Notes: generated by a model from the sequence alone, not told the origin. Shown: positions 22,159-41,750, counted from the stretch's first letter. The stretch: DNA of 64,000 bases from Paraspadella gotoi (GCA_051294375.1 CM119266.1:16176087-16240086), one strand, 5' to 3'. Numbers and translations are program-made.

Positions 22159-23229
22159 TTAAGAGAGCGCGCCACTTCGGTCTCGGCCCTTTTTGCTACG
22201 GATGCCAACTTTTTTCTTTCTTATTTTTTTGTTCATTCTTTCTCTCTCGTCTCTTTCTCCGCCCTCCCCACCACCGGCATCGTCTCGCTCTCTCTCTCTC
22301 TCTCCTCTTGATTGTCTTTTGTTCGCGTCGCCTCGATCGGCGCTCGATTTTTACGCTTTGTTTTGCTCTTTTATTGTTTTTATTTCGATCGAAGCCGCGA
22401 TTCGCGGTTTTCGTCGCAGGCGTCATCGTCGGACGTCGATGAGGCGGAGGAAAGTCAGTTGATAATTTGAGTTTGAATTGGGTGAGTTACGTTGGTGAGA
22501 TGTGTTCAAATTGTACTAGTTTAAACTTAAAGCAAAGAGCGACTTCTGCNNNNNNNNNNNNNNNNNNNNNNNNNNNNNNNNNNNNNNNNNNNNNNNNNNN
22601 NNNNNNNNNNNNNNNNNNNNNNNNNNNNNNNNNNNNNNNNNNNNNNNNNNNNNNNNNNNNNNNNNNNNNNNNNNNNNNNNNNNNNNNNNNNNNNNNNNNN
22701 NNNNNNNNNNNNNNNNNNNNNNNNNNNNNNNNNNNNNNNNNNNNNNNNNNNNNNNNNNNNNNNNNNNNNNNNNNNNNNNNNNNNNNNNNNNNNNNNNNNN
22801 NNNNNNNNNNNNNNNNNNNNATCCACCCTAGTTGCTCTCTCTCTCTCAACCCACTCATCCCTAGTTGCGCCTTTACCATCTAATCTAGCAGCAATCTGTT
22901 TCTGTTGGGACCTTTGACTCTGAGTAATTACCCCCTGTAAAAATGAAGCTCTTGGTTTTATACGAGGTCTTTTTCTTCTTCAAAACTGAGGCGGAGGATG
23001 CGAAGTGGGAAAGGCTTCGTGGGGTGACGGCCGTCGGGAGGGGGACTTTTGTGATTTAAAAGTGAAATAGGAATTCTAAAATTATAATATTATTATAAAA
23101 TAAAGTTTTATGAGACGTAAAAAAAGTATTTCTTAATACGAGAATGAGAGATTGCTTTTCGCCGGCGCCCTAGATGTCGTTTTGTTTTATGAATCTGCCA
23201 CCTTCCGAAACACAAGTAGTTTGCGCTCC

Positions 23230-23319
<90 letters not shown>

Positions 23320-23493
23320 ACTATCTATCTTCTAATTCTCCCTTTTTTCGAATTCGCCACTAATTCTGCGTTCTAATATTCTTTCACTCGTTTATGGTGG
23401 TCGTTTAACCCCTCTTTCCCCCAAAAACTGTTTTCGACCTGTCCGAAATGTCAAGCTCTCTTTCGAAAATGAGAGAGAAGAGAGAGAGAGAGC

Positions 23494-23537
<44 letters not shown>

Positions 23538-24118
23538 GAAGGAGCGATGAGAAGAGAGAGAAAAGACACCACAGTCTATCCGTCCTCTGGCTTTTTTCGA
23601 CAAATACTGCCACATTTCTGAAATGGAATTGCCCACATTAACTATCTCAGTTCGAGGTCACTACGACGGAGAAACTTTGAGCGATTGGCATCACTGCCAT
23701 ACGTCCGCAATCTATCTAACCTCCGCGCTGACCCTTACGAATTTCAAATGCCGGACCAACTCTCTCTCTCTCTCATCTCGTCTCTTTTCTCTCTCATCTC
23801 TCTCATCTCTCTCTCTCTCTCCTCGTCTCTCATCATCTTCTATTTCTCCTCCCTTAGACCTCTGTACGAAATAAAGGCTGTTGCAATGATTGTGAACGGT
23901 TTAATTTTTCAAAAAGAGTATATACTTATATTGTTGCTGTTAATCAATTGCATCAATAATTCAACATGAAATTTCTACTCAAGCCACTGCGAATAGCCCA
24001 AAAGTTAAATCCTTTGACCGTCGGCCCTTTAACCACGGATACACCTCTATTCCTGATATTCGACTAATTTCGGTTCGTTTCTTCATCGGCGGCCCGACTA
24101 GATTGGGGTCGGGGGAAG

Positions 24119-24158
<40 letters not shown>

Positions 24159-27147
24159 ACATCTTTGCTCGTCTCACAAGCTGTCGCTCTTTTCATGTCC
24201 ATTGAGGCCGCGACATCTTGCCGTCTTTTTTGTAAGGTTGTCGTCGTCGTCGTCGTCGTCATCGTCGTCGTCGCCTATCTTGACCTTTGCGAAAATTGGT
24301 TTTTGGTTTACGCTTCTCGTTCCAGCGAAGATTTCCATCGCGTCGATATTTGGGTGAATTATTTGGTGAGCGACGGGGAGGCGGAAATCGGTGATTGCGG
24401 AGGCGAAGATCAATGATAGCAAAGGTGAGGATCAGTGATAGCAGAAGTGAGGATCAGTGATAACTGACAGCTTGTAAGAAATAGCATATGATGTTTTGAA
24501 AAAAAAAAGGAGTCAGGGTGGCAGAAGTGAAAATCGGATAGGGCGAGTGTTACTGGTTGTAAAGGAAAGGATCAATGACGGCATAATCGTTAAATAGAAA
24601 AGTGTGTTTCGGCTGCTGATACAGTTTTACACACCGTGTGAACTGTGCACGACGTGCACTGCACGTACAATGTGTATCAAAATCTATTCGGAGAAAATGT
24701 AGTGTACCGAGAAGGGAATAAAATTTGATTCCGTCGAAGATTTATTGCGACTCATTTATCCGATATATCTCTTTTATAATACTTTTCAATTCTCCAAGAA
24801 AAAGCTAAATTTTCTCGGGCTTTTGGGAAAACGAAACGTTCCAGCAGCAAAAGACAAACTTTTTTTTTTTGAAAATCAACTCCGTTGAATTTTTTTTTTT
24901 TTTTCATTTCTTTTTGCACTTTTTTTTTCTTCCCCAGTAGACGACATTTTCTCCCGGACCATTTCGCTAAAACGATATCGATACAGATAAAAAAAAAATT
25001 TTAAATGTTTTTTTTTTTTATTTCTTCGTTTTTGAAAAGAAGTGGCCCGTCTTCTCTCGAAGGCGGGACAGAACCATCCAGGTTATGAATCGGCAATTTC
25101 GGTTATGGCCAATAAAACGCCACACACCACCCCACACACTCAGCAGAGAGATTAAGAGAGCGCGCGCGCACTATCGGTCTTTCGGCCTTTTTGCTACGGC
25201 ATGCCAACTTTTTCTCTTTCTTATCTTATTGTTCATTCTTATTCGTCTGTCGTCTCTTTTTCTCTCGGCGCCCTCGTACCACACCCGCTTGTCCGGCCAT
25301 CGTCTCTTCTTCTCTCTCTCTCTTTGATTGTTCTTTTGTTCGCGTCGCTGATTCGGAGCTCGGATTTTTACGCTTTGTTTTTGTCTTTTATTGTTTTTAT
25401 TTACCGATCCGAAGCGGATTTCTGCGGTTTTTCGTCGCGCAGGCGTTATCGTCGGCGTCGATGCGCGCGCGAGGAAAGTCTAAGTTGAATATGTTGAGTT
25501 CTGAATTGGGCTGACGTTACGGTGTGGTGAATGTTTTTACCAAATTGTACTGAGTTTAAACTCTAAAGCACACAGAGCGACTCTCTGCTCTCACGAAATT
25601 GTCCATCAAAATTTGTAACATTTTACAACATTCATGAGAGATTTTTTTACTAAGAATGATTAAATTAAAAAGATTCGAAAAATCCAAAAATAACCACTTA
25701 GCATACTTCCTCTGCATTAATACTCTTTTTTTTTCGAATGTTGAGCCTTCATCTCTCCTCTCCCATCTTCTTCTTCTCTCTATCGTCCTCTCTCTCTCCC
25801 CTCTCTCTCTCTTCTCTCTCCTCTCTCCCTCCATATCCTTCATCTTCACCACCCTAGCTTGCTCTCTCCTTCTCAACCCACCTCATCCCCCGTATTGGCG
25901 GCTTGACCATCTAATCTAGCAGCAAATCTGTTTCTGTTGGGATTTGACTCTGAGTAATCTACCCCTGTAAAAATGCAAAGCTCTGGTTTAAATACAGTCT
26001 TTTCTTCTTCAACAAACTGAGGCGCGAGGATCAAAGTGGAAAGGTTCGTGCGGTTTACGGCCGTCGGAGAGCAGGGGAACTTCTTTGATGATTTAAAATG
26101 AATAACGGAATTGCTAAAATTATACATATTATTATACAGAATAGCGTTTTAAAATAAGTTTATTGAGACGTAAAAAAATGTATTTCCTTAATACAGAATG
26201 AGAGATTCGCTTTTTCGGCCGGCCCTAGCGTTCGTTTTGCTTTTATATGAATTGCCACCCTCCGACACACGCAGTGCGCCTCCTCTCTCCTCTCTCTATC
26301 TCTATCTCTCTCTCTCTCCTCCGCTCTCTCATCTCTCTCTCTCTCTCTCTCTCTCCTACTCCTATCCTATCTCCTAATCTCCCTTCGAATCGCACTACAT
26401 TTCTGCTTAATTCTTGTCATCGTTTGAGTTTAACCCTCCTTCCCCAAAACTGTTCGACGTCGAACAATGTCACCCGCCATCTCTTCAGAGACCGAGACCG
26501 AGCAAGAGAAGAGACGAGAGAGCAGAGCGAGAGAGAGAGCAAGAGAGAGAGAAGAGAGAGAGAGCACCAAGAGAGAGGAAGAGAAGACACCCTTAACGTC
26601 TACCATCTTTGGCAGTTCTCTCTTCGACAAAATACCTCTACGCCCACATCTGAAAAATTTTGGAATGCAATATACTATTCTCAGTTTCGATCACTACGAA
26701 CGAGAAACTTGGAGCCGATGCACACTCTAGCAACGTCCGCAATCTATTACCCCAACCCTTGGACCCCGACCTAGATTCCAAATGCGAAATCTCTCTCTCT
26801 CTCTCCTCTCTCTCTCTTCCTCTCTCTCTCGTCCTTCTCTCTCTCTCTCTCCTCTCCTCTCTCTCTCTCCCTCTCTCTCTCCTCTCCCATTTTCTCTCCT
26901 TAGACCTTGACGAATAAAGCTGTTGCAATGATTGTGAACGTAATTTTCAAAAGAGTATATACTATTATGTTTGCTGTAATCAAGTTGAGTTCTAAAAATT
27001 CAACATGAAATTTCTACTCAGACACGCGACGCCAAAAGTATAATCTTGACGTCGCTCTTTAACCACGATAACCTCTATTCCTGAATATTCGTTGCCTAAT
27101 TTCGGTCTTTCCTTCATGGCGGCCCGACTAGATTGGGTCGGGGAGAG

Positions 27148-27185
<38 letters not shown>

Positions 27186-28190
27186 AGAGAGGAGAGAAGA
27201 GATGAGAGAGTTCAATCTTTGCTCGTGCTCAGCAAGCTGTCGCTCTTTTCATGCCCATTGCGGCCTGCGACATCTTCCGCGTCTTTTTTGTAGGTTGTGT
27301 CGTCGATCGTCGTCGCATCGTCGTCGTCGCCCTATTCTTGACCTTTGCGAAAAATTGGTTTTGTTTACGCTCTTCTCGTTCCAGCGAAGATTTCCATCGC
27401 GTCGATTTGGGTGAATGATTTGGTGGCGACCGGGAGCGGAAATCGGTGATTGAGGAGGCGCAAGATCAATGATAGCAAAGGTGAGGATCAGTGATTAGCA
27501 GAAGTGAGGATCAGTGAAACTTGCACGCTTGTAAGAAAAGCAATGATGGGTTTTGAAAAAAAAAAGAGCTCAGGGTGCAGAAGTGGATAATTTCAGGATA
27601 GGGCGAGTGTTACTGGTTGTAAAGGAAAGGATTCAATACGGCTGAAGATCGTTAAATAGAAAAGTGGTTTTCGGCTTGCTGATACAGTTTTATCACACGT
27701 GTGAACTGTGCACGAACGTTGCAACAGCACGTACAATGTTGTATTCAAAATCTATTCGAGAAATGTAGTGTACCCGAGATGGATTAAAATCCGTCGAGAT
27801 TTATTGCGACTGCATTTATCCGATATATCCTCTGTTATAATACTTTTATTCTCCAGAAAAGCTAAGAATTTTCTCGGGCTTTTGGGAATACGAAACGTTC
27901 CAGCACAAATAGAGACAAACTTTTTTTTTTTGAAAATCAACTCGTTGAAGTTTTTTTTTTTTTTCATTTTCATTTTTGCAACTTTTTTTTTTCTTCCGCT
28001 CAGTAGACGCACTTTTCTCGCCCGGACCATTCGCTAAAAATATGGATACAGATGAAAAAATTTTAAAATGTTTTTTTTTTTTATTTCTTCCGTTTTTGAA
28101 AAAGAAGTGGCCCGTCTGTCTCTCGAAGGCGGGACAGAAACCATCCCAGGTTATGAATCGGCGATTTCGGTTATGGCCAATAAAACGCTC
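22159..28190 (+). repeat. ~3 kb tandem duplication (22159-25119 vs ~25153-28188); second copy indel-rich
   Basis: Collinear shared unique sequence, e.g. gatcaatgatagcaaaggtgaggatcagtga and ggttatgaatcggc..ggccaataaaacgc in both copies. Confidence 0.85.
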
Positions 28191-28221
28191 AACGAAAAGA
28201 CCAAGAAAAGAGCCAGAACAT

Positions 28222-28254
<33 letters not shown>

Positions 28255-30369
28255 TTTCCGTGTCTCCTTCTCTCTCTCTATCTCTCCGTCTTTCTCTCTG
28301 TGCTTCTCTTCTCTCTCTCTCCTCCACCGCGACCCATTCTCTCGAAATGACTCGTCGACTCGGGAGGTGCCAGTTTTGCATTTCGCTATCGGAGCTAAAG
28401 AGAGAGCGAGTAGAAAGAAAAGTTAGAGAGAGAGATGGAGAAGAGAGAAAGAGAGAGTAGCAGCGAGAGAGAGAGATGAGCAGAGAAAGAGAGATGAGAG
28501 AGAGAGAGAGAAGGATGAGAGAGAGGGAGAAGAGAGAGAGAGAGAATAGAGGTCCGAAAAAAGAGAATCTCCTTCAGCGAATCGGAAGTCGATGCGACGT
28601 CACGACGTCGTTAGCGTCCATCAATGACCTCGTCCTCCTCGATCGTTATCACGTCTATCACCGCCGGTTATCAGCGACCTAATGTCAGTTTATCAACATC
28701 ACCGTCGTTATACGCATCGTAAATGTGATTATCGACTAAAAGTAACGATATTGGCTGATGTCGCGTTGTCGGCGGCGTCATCGGCGTTGTCTGTGTCGGC
28801 GGCGAGCGTCACTCGGCGTCGGCGTCAGATTTAGCGGACTTTTTTTTCAAATTTTTAATTCTGTCTAAAGAAAAGTTATTTTAGAGGTTTTTATTGAAGA
28901 TCGAAACGTCCAGGCTCCCATAAACAAGTAGGCATTTAGCGATATATCTAGTAGATAACTTGTTTTCAAAAGAGCATTCTAATGAAAAAGTCGTTATCCT
29001 CAAAAAAGTCACCGGGTTTATTGATCGTAACGTGATATCCAACCGACATTTATAGATTTAGATGATTTTTGGCCGTTAAACTATGGAGACTTGGCTTCAC
29101 GATTACAACAGGCGCCCTGCTTTCTTTTCACAAGGCGAAGAATTGCGCGTCGCAAAGGAGAAGTGGGGGTTGGTGAGTTGCAAAGTGGGGTAGATTAAGG
29201 GAGTCCTGGATGTGGATTGCACTCGATGAGAGCCATCTTGCCGACAAGGCCGATCTCCAAGTTTTCTTTTAATTGAACGGAAAAAGAAAAATATTTATAG
29301 ATCAAGAAGATCTAAGCGAAGGGAAGGGGATAGTGGGCCTGTCAATGTTCGGTTCTGAAAGGGTTTTCTAAAAATCTTTTAAACGAACGATCAAGAGACA
29401 GGAAAGTTGAGATCGTGTTTTTAAAAAATAACAAAAGAGCAACGTTTTTTCCACATTTTATGTAGCAACCTTTGATAACTTTTGTAAGGGCAGGAAAATC
29501 TATGTACAGAAAAGTAAGTAATACTCTGCGGGACTCGGAGCTAGGACGCAGCGGGGGATGGGAGAACAGGATGCTAACCTGCTTGGCTGGTTTGCGGCTC
29601 TGCCGCGGTCGCGGCTGCCAAAGGCGTATTATGCCAAACTCTTTTTTTTGTCAACGATTAGGCAAGAGAGGTCGACAATTTTTCGACAAGGAGTTGCTTT
29701 CTGTCCTCTTAAAAAACGTCCGGATGATGAAACTTAACGAATTTAGAATTGAATATTTGTTCAATTTCTTCGTTTGTGAAGAAAGGATACTTCTTAAATA
29801 CTCATTTCGTTCTCCTGTAATAAGTATATCGCCCTCCTAATTTTCGACTCCATCCCTACTTTCCTCCTCCCTTCCTCATCCTTTTTCCCTTCGCCTCCTC
29901 CTCTTCCTCCTCTCCTTCTTCTTTTTGTCTTTCTGNNNNNNNNNNNNNNNNNNNNNNNNNCCTTTTCTTCCGTTTTCGAGGGAATCGAGCGGCGCCGTTG
30001 ACAGAAAGGTGAACTAAAGGTTAACCCTCCTTGGGAAATATTGCAATCTTTCAAAGCGCCGACGACGACGACGATGGCGACGACGACGACGACGAAGATA
30101 GGGACGACAAGATCAACAACAGCGTAAATAACGTTAGCAACGGTAAACCGAAACTGATTCGACGTCCATAACGAGATTTTCCTGAGGAAAAAAAAAAATC
30201 AGGAATTTCCGACTGGATTCGACCCTTGGGCTGGGGGAGGTTGGGTATATTCTTCTCTCTCTTCTCTCTCTCCTCACTCTCTTCCTCTCTCTCTCTCCTC
30301 TCTCTCTTCGTCTCTCTCTTCTCTCCTTATAGGTCCTTCTTGCAGAGAGGTACCTTGGTCATGTACAAT

Positions 30370-31019
30370 TAAGGTCTTAGTAAATTTCTAAATTTAACTT
30401 TATTAAATTCTAAAAGTTGAGGAACGAACAACATTATTACTAATGAGCATAAATATATAAAAAAAAATTTATAATGAATTTTACAATTTACGCAGTAGGC
30501 CATATTTATACTTAGTACTAATTCAATTAAATGTTTAAAATTTCAAAAAAAGTTTTTTTTAAAGTTTTTTTTGCAGGGATTTAGATTCGTCATAAAAAAA
30601 GGTCTGATAAATAAAGAAATATAACCCTTTTTTGAAAATCCTCATTAAGTGGGTCAAAATTTAAAAAAAAAACTTAATATTTTAAGCTGAAAATTAACTT
30701 TTTATATATTAAATATAGGTTTTTTAAATTTAACCCTCTTTATGAAAGAATTTTTTAAAATAATTTTATTATTTCTTTTATTTCAACTTTTTTGACGAGG
30801 AATTCCAAATCTGCAATAAAAATTAAGAAAAAGCCTATTTTTTTGAAAATTTTTCGATTTTATAAGGATAAGTACTATATATAAATATAGCTTACTTGCG
30901 AAATTTAAATAAAACATTAAATTAATTTTTTTTTACCCAAATTAATGTTTATGGATTGGTATTGTTGTTCATAATTTACTATTAGAATTTCCATACGTAA
31001 CTTTCACTTTTTCGCCTTA
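30370..31019 (-). mobile_element. ~650 bp non-autonomous foldback MITE (TAAGG...CCTTA ends, ~8-9 bp TSD; Mutator-like or hAT-like)
   Basis: Ends taaggtc / cgcctta. Flanks atgtacaat and atgtaacaa. Long imperfect internal inverted arms (cgcagtaggccatatttata ~30491 vs tataaatatagcttacttgcg ~30880). Reverse-complement homolog of 45792-46447. Confidence 0.7.
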
Positions 31020-31549
31020 ATGTAACAACCTACCTATTCTCTCTCTCTCTCTTTCTCTCTCTCTCTCCTCTCTCTCTCTGCTCTCTCTCTCTCTCCTCTT
31101 TCTCTTGCATCTAGTCATTTCAACCTCTTCTTTCTCTCTCTCTCTCTCACCTCTCTCTCCCTCTCCGCTCTCTCTCTCTCTATCTCCTCAACTCTCCTCT
31201 CTGCCTCTTCACTTCTTTTTCTTTTACTTTCATTCTATTCAGTTTACTCACTTTCTCTCAATATTGTTTCACTTGTTTTCCTCTACTTTTCATATTCTCC
31301 TGTGTTTTACTCTTTCAATCCTAAATTCGCTTCCACGCATCTCTCCGCCAATCCCTCTCCGTCTCCCCCGACTCCCTCTCAACTTTCTCCAACTCGACGC
31401 CAAATTTAAATAATCTTCTTTACTTTATTTTCCCCCTTTTAACTTTTTGTCATCTCCCGATTCGCTTTTATATAAAATTCAAACACGTTCTTTTCTTTGG
31501 TGCTTTACTTCTTTTTTCTCTTTCTTTCTCGATTACAAAAACATTCAGC

Positions 31550-35978
<4,429 letters not shown>

Positions 35979-35988
35979 CTCATCTCTC

Positions 35989-36023
<35 letters not shown>

Positions 36024-37272
36024 ATTCCGACACACACAATCATAATAATAATACAGCCCTATTAAAAACCCATTTTCAGCTCCTTCTGGCCGCCTCGCCG
36101 CCTCGCTACCACCATCCAATGTCAAAAAGCGCTGCCACCTCCACCCACCGCCGCCGCCACCGCCACCGCCACCGCCACCACAGCCACCGNNNNNNNNNNN
36201 NNNNNNNNNNNNNNCACCCGCGGTCACAACCGCAAAAATCTTCTAGATCTTCGCCCACGAACTCTTGACCTGAAACGAAAAGAAGCCGCGATAATTTTCT
36301 TATTCTTTCATTATATGTTTATAATCAGAAAGCCAAAGGCCCCTCATTTTATTAAGCGAAACAAATTCCGATATACACCATACCCCCGTTTATAATCACA
36401 AGCTGAACTTAAATATATACAATAAAAAAGATAATAATGCTATCAATAATATATTTCTAATATTTCCTACCCTGGCTTAGTTAGGCCCGGGTGAAATCCC
36501 CCCCCTTACCCCATCCAGTCAATCCTTTTCGCCCCGAAATTCTTCACCCTTTCTTCTCTCCAAGGAAAAAAAAAAAGAGGAAAACGTCATTTCCCCGAAC
36601 GATTAAAGAAATCGTTTCCAAAGTTGTCTGGGTCTTCACGGTGCCCCGATTACGGCCCTCGCCCCCCTAACGTCCCCGAGCCCCAGAGCTGCCTCGTCAT
36701 TTGTGCCACTCCACCGCTCCTTCCTTTCCGCTCCACAATCCTGTCCGATACCGCTCCACAAATTCACTGCAACACCTTTTTTTCACTCCCTCGACCCCAT
36801 GCTCGTCTGCTTGTCTGAATTTCTTGGAAATCTCTGTTTCAAAAGTTCCCATTCTTCATTCTACTTTCCTCTTCTCTCAACCCCGACACTTCCGTCCAAC
36901 TCACCACTCCCTCGGCTCCCTTTGGCGCCTGATGGATCCAGCGGGCGTGACGCCTCTTTCTACGGTCGTCGACGACGACGATGACGACGACGACGTCGAC
37001 GATTAACAAGAGACTAATTGTTCGATTTTTTTTTCCTTTTTTCTTTTTCCTTTTTCTTTCTTTTCTGACGCCCGCTCTTGAAGGAAAGGCGCTTTACGGT
37101 CCACCTGAACCCAAATCGTCAGAGAAACATGTTCGTCAAATCATATGACGCTTGTTGCTACCAATTAGCCACCGGAGACGTTTTCTATTCGACCAATCAG
37201 GATTGCGTCGATCGTGATATCATCGACGAATCACAGCACTCCTTGGGTAGAAATAAAAGTTATTCACAAATG

Positions 37273-37390
<118 letters not shown>

Positions 37391-38531
37391 GGCGTGGCGA
37401 TCGAAAGCGAGCCGCGTTAATGGCAACTTTACCTACGATCATCGTCCACTTGCTCTGATCCGTTGCTCTTTTCTTTAACGGTATATGTAAATGAGCTTTT
37501 TAATGATTTACGAAGGAGGCAAAGAAAATTTCTTCTTCATTCAAAACGAACGGATTGACGCAGCGACGAAGCGTCGGCAACTTTGACGACTTCCGATGAC
37601 CTATTCTGGGATTATACATATCATTTCGGACTTGGAAACTTGTAAACATGACAGAAATTAAGATATAATATTATTTAGATAACCTATTAAAATCAACTTT
37701 ATTCCCTTTTTTTTTTTCTTTCTAAAAAAAAAACACCTTTTTTCTTATCCTTTCCTCCCTTTCCTCCGATCCTCCTCTCCGCGGTCTCTTTAACCTCGTC
37801 CTTCACCTCCAATTTCATTCCTTTCCTCCCTTTCCTCCCTCTTCCTCCCTCACCTCAACCTTTGGCCAACCTGGCGGGATCTTCTTCTTTTTTTTTTTAA
37901 TCCGTCGGAAAGCGTCTTCGACCGGCGCCGCGACTGTCACGGCCGGCGCCGGGATTGCCACGGCCGGCAGCGACATTGCCACGGCCGGCGTCTTGCCGCG
38001 CGAAGGGTTAACATCCTCCTTGGCCTACTCTTCCGCTTTCACCTTCCGTTTCTTTCCTCTTCCTCCGCTCAACCTTTTTTTTTTAATCTTTTTTTCTCTT
38101 TTACTTCTTCACACGTCTGATGTGGTTTTCAGTTTCGATCGAAACATGGATAACTAGGGAAACAGACAGATGGTAAGACTGACAAACAGATAGACATGCC
38201 AACTGTAAAGATACACAAAAGTAGAAAAGAATTTTTTTTTTTCGACCCAATTTTTTTTTCTAGAAAAGTTGAGATGTACGTTCCTCTCCGCCACATTACA
38301 AGTACGTGCCCTCTATCCCATCACCTTTCGTCTTCCAACGACTTTTTTCTCCAGCATCTACTTTCTTTTTTTTTCTTCTTTTTTTCCTCCTCAACTCATT
38401 ATTCGCTGGTTGTACTACGGATTTTCGCATTTGCTTCTAACCTTCGACCCGTAATGGTCACGTGATTTCGATCTTTAACCCTCGCACAGACCCCGGATGT
38501 TGGAAGAAAAGAAAGAGAAGAAAGCAGAGAG

Positions 38532-38589
<58 letters not shown>

Positions 38590-38616
<27 letters not shown>

Positions 38617-39154
38617 AGGAAAAATGGGTGTGACTTAATTGCTTGAAGATGCAGAAAATGCGTGTTAACGGTAACGACGACTCATTCTTAGACGAAGCCT
38701 CTCATCCGTTATTATCATTGAGCGAGAAGAAAAACGCTGACCTTGCGTCACGTATTGCCGCCCGCCCTTCAGATGTCTTAAAATCGCATGTTTCTATACT
38801 TAAACTGTATGTATAACGTATATGGTAAAATAACAAACGCAATACACAAATGCTACATGTTTTCCAACCAATATTTTTCTTTGCGAAACTTGGCGCCGCG
38901 CCCGTGGAAGGAAAGGAAAAGAGGCACGCCATTACGCGGGCGTCGTCCGAAGCGTCGTCGTCTCGCCGTCGTCGTCGTCGCCGTCTTTAGCCTCTGCCAC
39001 CATCAGATTCCCATCCTCCCTCGTGAACGTGAGAAAATTCTGCCCCAGGGAGCCGCTAAAAAAGTGAAGGGGTCAGAGAAGCCCGACCTGCCGAGAAGAA
39101 GGAGTGAGGAGAGGGGAATGTCTTTCCGCATTTACCTCTCTCTCTTCTCTCTCT

Positions 39155-39203
<49 letters not shown>

Positions 39204-39657
39204 TCTCTCTTCATCTCTCTCTCTCGACGCCTTCTTTCTAAGATTGTCACAACGTCTGAGACTGTTTCCATGTTTACCCAAAGATCGCCGAGAATGATAA
39301 AATAGCGAACCTAAAAGGTTTGTGTTAATATTTTAAGAGCGGATAGAATAGAATAGAATAGAATAGAATAGATATAGAATTCGTGTTCAGAGCAATAGGC
39401 GATACGTAAGGCGGTGGAAGATAATCCGTAACGTATAAATCATCGATACGGACAAGCTTTTTTTTATAAATCCCTGTAATATATCAATTAGTTTCATTAC
39501 TGATAGTTATTCTTAATACAAATTTTCGAACTGATTTTCAGTTTCTCTATAGATGACTTGATAAACAAATTTACAGAGTTATTGGACGGAGTGAAAGATG
39601 TACTTATAACGGCCTGACATGACCTTGGTTGAGCCCGTAACTCGCCGGTGTGTGCAG

Positions 39658-39713
<56 letters not shown>

Positions 39714-40857
39714 TATACTCAGCTCTACCCGAAGCAACCGTAGACCGGAGCGGCGGCGCGCGGCTTCGATCGACTCACTTCACCTTCCGGGCTTCTTCCG
39801 CTCGGATCGGGGAGATTTTCTCTCTCTCGATGGTGAGTCGGGCTTCTTCCGGTCGAAGTCCGAGCGGATCGGGGCCGGATATCTCTCTCTCTCTCTCACT
39901 CTTGTCTCTCTCTCTCTCTCTCTCTCCTCTCTCTCTCCTCTCTCTCTTCATGCTCTTGCCGTCTCTCTCTCTTTCTATCTTTGTTTTTTCATTTAATGTA
40001 TTATTTTGTCATTCCCTCTCTCTTTAATTTCTCATCAAATTTATTATAATTAAACTTGAATAATTTTTTTTGAAATAATAATTATTTGTGATAAGAATTT
40101 AGTTATTCATTTTTTGACTCTCATGGTAATCAAAAGAAAACTACACAAACTTTAATAACGACGTTCTCTTTTAGGGATTAGCAGTATTCAAGTATTTCAA
40201 CAATTTTTTCTTTCTCTATAGGCCAAAAAATAATAATGAATTTAGTAAAAAAATAAAGCTTCTTGAAATAATCACCAATAGAAAAACAACAAGAAAAAAC
40301 AAAGAAATCCAAGCTGAATCAATACAACAATATATTCTAATCTAGAAAAAAAGCATTTTCAAAAATAAGCAAAATTGTTAACATTTGTTAAAAAAGAATC
40401 TTTTTATTAATTGAGAAGTTAGATTAGGAATTAAAAAAATATGAAGTCGATACCACTTAGTAGAGCTGACAATAGGCTGCTTTTTGCATACTGTTTTTTT
40501 TTAAATTAACCTAGTTTAATTGATTGTGAATTTGTGAAATATAAAAGGTAAAGAAATCATAAGTTGATGCTCAAATTCAAAGACCTCATTGGGGCCGTGA
40601 GATAATACTCTCCTTTTAGAATTGGTGACCATTGATAATGGTCAGAATATGCTTCGGTTTTCATGGCACAACTTAAGTCTGCAGATGGTAAGGGCTTCAG
40701 ATGCAATATCTCCACGATAATTACAGGAAATACAAACAAGAAAAATATATATGTATTTATTAACCTGCATTATAATATGGATTATTAATTAAAAATAGTA
40801 GTAGTAGTAGTAACTTTAGGATCCAGACAAATNNNNNNNNNNNNNNNNNNNNNNNNN

Positions 40858-40894
<37 letters not shown>

Positions 40895-41750
40895 TGGGTG
40901 TGACTTAATTGCTTGAAGATGCAGAAAATGCGTGTTAACGGTAACGACGACTCATTCTTAGACGAAGCCTCTCATCCGTTTATCATTGAGCGAGAAGAAA
41001 ACGCTGACCTTGCGTCACGTATTGCCGCCCGCCCTTCAGATGTCTTAACATCGCATGTTTCTATACTAAACCTGCATAACGTATATGGTAAAATAACAAA
41101 CGCATACACAAATGCTACATGTTTTCCAACCAATATCTTTTTCTTTGCGAAACTTGGCGCCGCGCCGTGGAAGGAAAGGAAAAGAGGCACGCCCATTACA
41201 GCGGCATCGTCCGAAGCGTCGTCTTCGCCGTCNNNNNNNNNNNNNNNNNNNNNNNNNNNNNNNNNNNNNNNNCGTCCGAAGCGTCGTCGTCTTCGCCGTC
41301 GTCGTCGTCGCCGTCTTTAGCCTCTGCCACCATCAGATTCCCATCCTCCCTCGTGAACGTGAGAAAATTCTGCCCCAGGGAGCCGCTAAAAAGTGAAGGG
41401 GGTCAGGAAGAAGCCCGACCTGCCGNNNNNNNNNNNNGAATAGAATAGAATAGAATAGAATAGAATAGAATAGAATTCGTGTCAGAGCAAAGGCGATGTA
41501 CGTAGGCGGTGGAATGTAATCGTTACGTATAATCATCGATACGGACAAGGTTTGTTTTTTTATTAATCTCTGTAATATCATTACTGATAGTTATTCTTAA
41601 ATACAATTTTTCGAAATGATTTTCAGTTTCTCAATAGATGACTTGATAAACAAATTTACGAGTTATTGACGGATGAAGATGTACTACGGCCTTGAATGAC
41701 CTTGGTTGACCCGTAACTCGCCGGTGGTGCGAGAGAGAGAGAGAGAGAGA
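38590..41750 (+). repeat. Direct duplication (38590-39710 vs 40858-41750)
   Basis: Shared gggtgtgacttaattgcttgaagatgcag ... (gaata)n ... cccgtaactcgccggtg. Confidence 0.8.

Noticed and set aside
30369-31020. Kolobok/piggyBac-type element with a TTAA TSD
   Set aside because: TTAA occurs at both ends here, but the second insertion and its empty site show that TAAGG/CCTTA belong to the element and the TSD is 8-9 bp.
40557-40739. Small exon or zinc-finger-like fragment in AT-rich DNA
   Set aside because: No recognisable motif in any frame and no supporting neighbouring exons.
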